In this document: piece after piece, positions 14,926 to 20,000 of the stretch
How positions within the stretch are numbered: the first letter of the stretch is position 1
Layout: every line of letters starts with the position of its first letter
Origin: an uncultured virus (IMG/VR IMGVR_UViG_3300037400_003073)
Taxonomy: Duplodnaviria; Heunggongvirae; Uroviricota; Caudoviricetes
DNA length: 20,000 nucleotides
Direction: 5' to 3' (one strand)
IMG/VR virus record: IMGVR_UViG_3300037400_003073
The notes under the pieces: model-generated
What the model was told of the DNA's origin: nothing
Seen by the model: only the letters and a program-made list of their open reading frames with translations
The model's database searches: none
Position numbers and translations under genes: made by a program

Positions 14926-15633
14926 ATGGCAAAAGAAAGAACCCCATTTGAAAAGACCGCAGCGGCTTTAAAAATCATGGGAAAGAAAATCGCTGCAAAG
15001 AAAACAGAACCGCGGCGTGAGCTGCAATGCGTTTGGATCGAAAATAAATCGGGCTATGCCGTGGCGACTGACGGGCACGTTTTGGCGGTCCTCAACCTTA
15101 ATTGGTGGGATCATCTTTCACGCGCTGAAATGCTCCCGGAATTGGCTTTCTATGCGGATATGCAGGAACTCAAGTACATCAACGGTTCGGCCTTGATTTC
15201 TGCCGACAAGAAAGATGAATTTGTAAAAAGTTTCGGTCACGGCATGAACGTAACGCCGGATTATGCTGAACTTGATATTGATACGAAAATCCCTTATCCC
15301 GATTGGAAAAGGCTTATTCCAAATGCTGAAAACTTGCAGCACGTCACGAAAACGGGGGCGACATTCTATCCCGGTCAAATCGGGGTCCTCGACCTTATCC
15401 CGCCCGCCTTCGACGATATGGTGACGGATTCAAGCACCATTGCAAACGGACTTTACGGCGAGCATGCAAACGGTTTTCATATTGCCATTTATCCGGGGCT
15501 TTTGCTGGCGGCGGTCCCATTAATTTATAAAGAAGATAAAGTTTCTATCGTTCCGTCAAAAGACGATGTTGAAGCATTCTTCAAGCCCGCCAAATCCGAA
15601 CAATTAGAAATGGAGTTTGATACAAATGAATAA
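14926..15633 (+). CDS. Protein with DNA polymerase III beta-clamp-like motifs
   Basis: AVATDGHVLA and YPDWKRLIP resemble the ATDGHRL and YPDYxRVIP motifs of the DnaN central domain; too short for a full DnaN. Confidence 0.6.
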   Translation: MAKERTPFEKTAAALKIMGKKIAAKKTEPRRELQCVWIENKSGYAVATDGHVLAVLNLNWWDHLSRAEMLPELAFYADMQELKYINGSALISADKKDEFVKSFGHGMNVTPDYAELDIDTKIPYPDWKRLIPNAENLQHVTKTGATFYPGQIGVLDLIPPAFDDMVTDSSTIANGLYGEHANGFHIAIYPGLLLAAVPLIYKEDKVSIVPSKDDVEAFFKPAKSEQLEMEFDTNE

Positions 15634-16204
15634 TACGTTGATGATTGACCTTGAAACCACGGGCAAGGCCCCCGGATGCTGCATCCTAACCATCGGTGCG
15701 GCTGGAATCGACAAGAACGGCCTAGAAGTCAATTTCTACGCCCGTATTCACCACGATAAAAGTAAGGACGAAGGCTTTGACGATGATCCCGAAACTCTCG
15801 CTTGGTGGCGAAAGCAGGACCCCGCGACACTCAAAGAAGCGTTCGCCGGGACGACCGAAGGACCGCAAGACGTTGTGAACGAATTTGTTGATTTTGTAAA
15901 CAAGAATTTCGACACGTCTGCAAAAGATTTCACCGTGTGGAGCAAGGGCAGCGATTTCGATTTCCCTATCTTGAAAGCCTACCTTGACGCTTACGATCTC
16001 GCGACACCGTGGCCGTTTTGGTTCCAACGCGATTACAGGACGCTTCAAGCCGTTTTTCCGTTCCTCAAGGCCGAAGAAAAGAACGGCGAAAAGCACAACG
16101 CCCTTGAGGACGCAAAAGCGCAAATGCGCGGCCTTGAGCACTTCATGAGCCTTGAAGCTGTCTTTAAGGAAAAGCCGAAGAATGTAAACAAAATCATGGT
16201 ATAG
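15626..16204 (+). CDS. DEDDh 3'-5' exonuclease (Rv2179c/DUF5051-like)
   Basis: MIDLETTG, WSKGSDFDFPIL, RDYRTL, HNALEDA. Confidence 0.9.
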   Translation: MNNTLMIDLETTGKAPGCCILTIGAAGIDKNGLEVNFYARIHHDKSKDEGFDDDPETLAWWRKQDPATLKEAFAGTTEGPQDVVNEFVDFVNKNFDTSAKDFTVWSKGSDFDFPILKAYLDAYDLATPWPFWFQRDYRTLQAVFPFLKAEEKNGEKHNALEDAKAQMRGLEHFMSLEAVFKEKPKNVNKIMV

Positions 16205-16294
16205 AAACCTTTTTCGTGACCTCACGAAAATGATGGCGGAAACGCCGCCGCCCGTCATGGGAGTTTGTTTGAATTTTCGCCCATGACGGTAAAA

Positions 16295-16368
16295 CGTGCA
16301 TAACATGGCCGGATCGCGTTTTTGTTTAGGTTATCGCGGTTCTGTCGGTTCGAATCCGACTTGCACGA
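16295..16368 (+). ncRNA. 74-nt tRNA-like element with T-arm and acceptor stem but no canonical D or anticodon arm
   Basis: GTCGG-TTCGAAT-CCGAC (16344-16360); CGTGCA/TGCACG acceptor-like stem; GGATCGCG/CGCGGTTC stem with 16-nt U-rich loop; no CCA. Confidence 0.6.
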
Positions 16369-16530
16369 TAAATGCTTCATGAACAAACGAATTGAAGCAT
16401 GCAAAACGTGTGAAACTTTCAACCTTAAAAACAAGGAAAAAAAATCATTGTTTCTATGTTGGAAAATTCTCTATTATTTTATTTATTTGTTGAGCACGTT
16501 TTGCAACAATTTAAAAGGAGTAGTAATAAA

Positions 16531-16677
16531 ATGAATTGGCGCGTTGAAGAACTTGTAAAGCAGGGTATGAGCGTACGCGGTGCGTATAAGAAGGCTAAAG
16601 CGGAAGGCGTGATTCTTCACAAAGACGAAGCTGCCGAAGAAAAAGGATACAATTATAGCAAGGGTCAATGGGTATGA
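16531..16677 (+). CDS. Hypothetical protein (48 aa)
   Basis: AAGGAG RBS before ATG 16531. Confidence 0.65.
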   Translation: MNWRVEELVKQGMSVRGAYKKAKAEGVILHKDEAAEEKGYNYSKGQWV

Positions 16678-16808
16678 AAACTGTATTATTTATTGGCGGT
16701 TTATTTTGTTTCGGGTTCTCAATTTATACAAACTTAAAAGAAGATCCACTGACAGGAATCGTGAGCGGCGTTGCTGCAATGGTCTTGATTGCCTTGAGCC
16801 TTTTGTAA
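16674..16808 (+). CDS. 44-aa membrane protein
   Basis: MKTVLFIGGLFCFGFSIYTNLKEDPLTGIVSGVAAMVLIALSLL; ATGA overlap. Confidence 0.6.
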   Translation: MKTVLFIGGLFCFGFSIYTNLKEDPLTGIVSGVAAMVLIALSLL

Positions 16809-16824
16809 ATTGGAACACAAATAA

Positions 16825-17039
16825 ATGACGCTCGAAGAACTAGAAAAAATTCAAGATGCAATATGTGATACGCACAAATGCGGTCCTAATTGCCCGAATC
16901 GCCGTCAAAAATTAATAATTGGGACGGTTGCGCTTTTTGCTCAACTGTTTACCGTTACCCCGGTTACGAAGATTGGCTGAAAAGGCATCCCATAATTTTA
17001 AAGAAGGCTTTGGACCGAATCAAGGAGAAAGAAAAATGA
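16825..17039 (+). pseudogene. Cys-rich ~71-aa gene broken by a 1-nt deletion (or sequencing error)
   Basis: Adding one A to A5 at 16907-16911 gives MTLEELEKIQDAICDTHKCGPNCPNRRQKINNWDGCAFC...RIKEKEK*, ending in an ATGA overlap with 17036. Confidence 0.6.
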
Positions 17040-17344
17040 ACAAACAACATATAAAGAACATTGATTTGATTTGCGCAGAATTTGAAAAAGCGTGCAAGAA
17101 GCACCCGAAATTTTGCGATTATTTTATAAATAATCTTTCTAATTGGGATCGCCTAGAACACATGCAGAAAGTTGTTAATAGCGAACCCCCGGAATATGGC
17201 GAAAATATTTTACTAGAAGAATTTGCCGAAGCAATGAACGCATACCAACACGGCGACAAGAAACAATGCTTTCAAGAGCTGGCTCAATGCGGGGCGGTTA
17301 TTTTGCGCATGATGGAATTTGTACAAAAGGAAATTGAAAAATGA
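17036..17344 (+). CDS. MazG-like NTP pyrophosphohydrolase-fold protein
   Basis: ILLEEFAEAMNAY...FQELAQCGAVILRM (EExxE...ELxQ); AAGGAG RBS. Confidence 0.65.
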   Translation: MNKQHIKNIDLICAEFEKACKKHPKFCDYFINNLSNWDRLEHMQKVVNSEPPEYGENILLEEFAEAMNAYQHGDKKQCFQELAQCGAVILRMMEFVQKEIEK

Positions 17345-17574
17345 AGTTTAAGTTCGGTGAAGTTTTCTTTTTTCTTTTAATGCTTTTAGGAATTGTAATG
17401 TGGGCCTTAGCATTGATTAGTTCTATTTTCTGCATCGACACTCACACTATTTTCTTTTTGCTTCTTGGCGGGCAGCTTGTAAAATTAGGTTACACTTATG
17501 GAGATTGCAAATCCGAAGCCGAATGGCAAGAAAAAATTATTGACATTCTTCAAAATTTTATAAAAAAGGTTTAA
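17341..17574 (+). CDS. Membrane protein
   Basis: Two hydrophobic segments; ATGA overlap. Confidence 0.65.
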   Translation: MKFKFGEVFFFLLMLLGIVMWALALISSIFCIDTHTIFFLLLGGQLVKLGYTYGDCKSEAEWQEKIIDILQNFIKKV

Positions 17575-17576
17575 AA

Positions 17577-17813
17577 ATGCACTTTATCAAACTTGGCAAA
17601 AAGTATATCAATCTTGACAACGTAACAACCATTGAGCCGTGCAAAGACGGTCTTGGATATGAAGCAAACTTTGTTGGATCGACCAAATATCTTAAAATAT
17701 GCGAAGCCGACATGGTGGATATTAACAACGTTATAAGACTTTCGAATCTTCACGAAATTATTCTTGGATCGTCCGAAATAAGCGAAGCTGACAACATTGA
17801 ATCAAGGAGGTGA
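17577..17813 (+). CDS. Hypothetical protein
   Basis: 78 aa ORF beginning FIKLGKKYINLDNVTTI. Confidence 0.7.
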   Translation: MHFIKLGKKYINLDNVTTIEPCKDGLGYEANFVGSTKYLKICEADMVDINNVIRLSNLHEIILGSSEISEADNIESRR

Positions 17814-17814
17814 T

Positions 17815-18192
17815 ATGAAGTGCGATAAATTGACACAAAGGGAACACCCTAACGTACACTTTCCCGATGACCCATTCTGTTATTCTGTTGATGAAGTGGA
17901 CGAAGCCATCGTTGAATTAAAGGCGGAAAATAAAACACTTTCGGACGATATAGCGGATAAAATAGAAAGTATTACTGAATTGCAGAAACTTGTCGAAAAG
18001 TACAAATCCGAAAACAAGCGGCTCCGTTATGCGCTCTTGAAATTGCGTGAGTTTATGTGGAAGTATTGCAATTTCGATTTTACAGACGATTGTCCGCTGG
18101 ACAAACTCAAAGCGGAAAGATTAGATGACATCGCAGATTATTGGATTGACAAAGTGGAAAAGGCGAAAGCGGAAATTATGGATGGAAAATGA
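17815..18192 (+). CDS. Hypothetical coiled-coil protein
   Basis: AGGAGGT RBS before ATG 17815. Confidence 0.75.
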   Translation: MKCDKLTQREHPNVHFPDDPFCYSVDEVDEAIVELKAENKTLSDDIADKIESITELQKLVEKYKSENKRLRYALLKLREFMWKYCNFDFTDDCPLDKLKAERLDDIADYWIDKVEKAKAEIMDGK

Positions 18193-18434
18193 ACGATAAC
18201 ATTCAAGAACCGACAAGCAGGCTGCACGGATGGGACTACATCTATTCGCTCATGAATCCTTGCAAGATATGCGGGCAAAAACCAACGCTTGCAAGATCCG
18301 CGAATAATGAAGGTTGGCAAGTTACTTGTTTCAATCAATGTTGCGGAAATTTTGAGCAAAGTATTGTAACAAAAGGATTCGGCTGCATCGTCGATTGGAA
18401 CAATAAAAATAAAATAAAGGAAACGCAAAAATGA
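18189..18434 (+). CDS. Lar-like (restriction alleviation family) zinc-ribbon protein
   Basis: PCKICGQKP...WQVTC...C...DWN pattern. Confidence 0.55.
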   Translation: MNDNIQEPTSRLHGWDYIYSLMNPCKICGQKPTLARSANNEGWQVTCFNQCCGNFEQSIVTKGFGCIVDWNNKNKIKETQK

Positions 18435-18676
18435 AAACGATATATCACCCGGCTCAAGTAATCATAAAAGATGCTCTATGCGATAATTGCGGCCACTCAC
18501 TCAAGTACGTCAAATCCGATTTTTCACGACAAAAATTTTGTTGGCTGCACTTTTGCGAAAAATGCCACAAATCATACTGGCTTGACAATAGATACCCTTT
18601 GACAGATTACATGGTCGATTTAAGCAATACATTGACAAACATTAAAACTGATCCGATTGAATGCGAAGAAGGATAA
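18431..18676 (+). CDS. Zinc-ribbon protein
   Basis: CDNC...CEKC. Confidence 0.65.
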   Translation: MKTIYHPAQVIIKDALCDNCGHSLKYVKSDFSRQKFCWLHFCEKCHKSYWLDNRYPLTDYMVDLSNTLTNIKTDPIECEEG

Positions 18677-18679
18677 AAA

Positions 18680-19093
18680 ATGAACATAATTTTGTCTATC
18701 AAACCGAAGTGGGCCGAACTGATTTATTCCGGCAAGAAAACTATCGAATGGCGAAAGAGTTGGCCAAAGTATAATATGTTTGAGTTCCAAAGAGTCGAAA
18801 GGGTTTTCTTGTATGAAACGGCCCCGGTAAAAAAGATTACAGGCTTTTTTATATTAAACGATCCGCCCGTCTTTCTTGTTTCTAATCTTGATTCTCCGAA
18901 TAATCAATGCCTTCTTGAAATGGGGTGCGTCCAAAAAGAGGATTTGAAAAAGTACAAAGGAAATAATGATGTTTTGTTCGGCTGGATGATTGGTAAAGTA
19001 ACAAGATTTCCCGAACCTTGGGGCCTTGAAATGGTGAACTTGAAAAGACCGCCGCAAAGTTGGTGCTATGATTATAGCGATTTGCCGTTCTAG
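18680..19093 (+). CDS. ASCH-domain protein
   Basis: ILSIKPKWAELIYSGKKTIEWRK (GxKxxExR)...YETAPVKKITG...RPPQSWCY. Confidence 0.9.
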   Translation: MNIILSIKPKWAELIYSGKKTIEWRKSWPKYNMFEFQRVERVFLYETAPVKKITGFFILNDPPVFLVSNLDSPNNQCLLEMGCVQKEDLKKYKGNNDVLFGWMIGKVTRFPEPWGLEMVNLKRPPQSWCYDYSDLPF

Positions 19094-19101
19094 GAGTTTG
19101 T

Positions 19102-19254
19102 ATGAAAAACAACCGAAAAAACAGAAAGAAATTCATGCTGCATAAATGCAATCATTGCGGGCAAACTTTCCGCGCTTTTCGTTGTCCTTATATCAATCTT
19201 ACAATTTGGCTTCGTAATTGTCCGAATTGTGGATATATACCGTTGCCGTTCTAG
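19102..19254 (+). CDS. 50-aa zinc-ribbon protein
   Basis: CNHC...CPNC; AGGAG RBS. Confidence 0.65.
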   Translation: MKNNRKNRKKFMLHKCNHCGQTFRAFRCPYINLTIWLRNCPNCGYIPLPF

Positions 19255-19262
19255 GGGCTTAT

Positions 19263-19541
19263 ATGCAATTATCTTTTTTGCCGCAAATTCTACCATCAAA
19301 GCACGATTATATTTTAGATCGTTTGAAAAAAAATGATTGCTACGATTTGCGCGATGACAAAAAACTAAATGATCGCGATATTGTGGGATTTTGCCGAAAG
19401 TGTGGCCGTCCTGTTTCCGTCGATGACATTAAATGCGTAAATGCAATTACGTTCACTCGTAAGAAACTTGGACCGAATGCAAACGGAATACTTTCAATTT
19501 CTCAAGAGTACGAATGCTGGGGTGTTGGGTGTAAAAAATGA
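19263..19541 (+). CDS. Hypothetical Cys-containing protein
   Basis: ATG 19263 after AGGGG; CRKC...CWGVGC. Confidence 0.6.
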   Translation: MQLSFLPQILPSKHDYILDRLKKNDCYDLRDDKKLNDRDIVGFCRKCGRPVSVDDIKCVNAITFTRKKLGPNANGILSISQEYECWGVGCKK

Positions 19542-19628
19542 TTGAACAAAAAAAATTTTTTTGAAATAAATAAAATTATTTTGAATCCAGCAATAGATAA
19601 ATTTGTTTAAACAAATACTTAATTCAGT

Positions 19629-19892
19629 ATGATTCCCGATTATTTTCTTTCGCGTTGCGTTCTCGACTATACAGGCGGCTCCCATCGGACGGCAAACAAA
19701 CGATACTTCGTTTGTTGCTCATGCGGTGCCGCTTTTTGTTATGGATCAATCAATGACAATCACCCCGGAGAACAGGCAGCGGCGACCGCGTTCAAGGCAC
19801 GTATAAGGCACAAGGACGGTTGCAGGGCTTACGGCTTGTGGAAGCATGAACAAGGCTTTGTAACCATGCAGAAGGTCGCTGAACGACGTTGA
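19629..19892 (+). CDS. Hypothetical protein
   Basis: 87 aa ORF with CCSC...HKDGC. Confidence 0.55.
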   Translation: MIPDYFLSRCVLDYTGGSHRTANKRYFVCCSCGAAFCYGSINDNHPGEQAAATAFKARIRHKDGCRAYGLWKHEQGFVTMQKVAERR

Positions 19893-19956
19893 ATGTGCGC
19901 ATGGTGACGGGCACCATCCCGACCATGGCGGCAGCGGTTGCACCCCCCCCCGGTTC

Positions 19957-20000
19957 GGGTCCTCCCAAGGGGGGTAGGGGGCCTAGCGGGTCGGGGCGAG
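19957..20000 (+). other. Lambda-like cos packaging region (cosQ plus start of cosN-like sequence)
   Basis: GGGTCCT (the lambda cosQ heptamer) at 19957-19963, then 24 nt later GGGTCGGGGCGAG, in a G/C-run non-coding stretch after the last early gene. Confidence 0.5.

Noticed and set aside
16295..16368. Canonical tRNA gene
   Set aside because: No proper D-stem, no 5-bp/7-nt anticodon arm, T-T mismatch at the base of the acceptor stem and no CCA; kept only as tRNA-like.
4073..20000. DGR template repeat or reverse transcriptase elsewhere in the window
   Set aside because: By eye I found no AAC-rich copy of the VR and no ORF with a YxDD RT core; they could still lie outside the window.

Overview
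A 20 kb piece of a temperate tailed-phage genome with no host DNA visible. The host cannot be determined; some proteins resemble, from memory only, those of Fibrobacter or rumen phages. Layout: tail/receptor-binding genes (1-4072), a collapsed diversity-generating retroelement (variable-region-like 3' end, 8-bp GTAA hairpin, avd 5' fragment joined to the 3' end of another gene, no template repeat or intact reverse transcriptase), a lysis cassette (4399-5794), and a long early/accessory arm of small + strand genes. That arm is driven by three copies of a conserved promoter-leader unit and is interrupted by a - strand tyrosine integrase. The window ends at a lambda cosQ/cosN-like sequence. The most unusual signal is non-coding. 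A terminator-ended triple stem-loop at 7429-7573 has loops complementary (up to 14 nt) to the ribosome-binding site shared by four early genes. There are three further structured intergenic regions, one of them tRNA-like, and no repressor gene is recognisable. Several single-base frameshifts at homopolymers suggest the sequence may contain indel errors.
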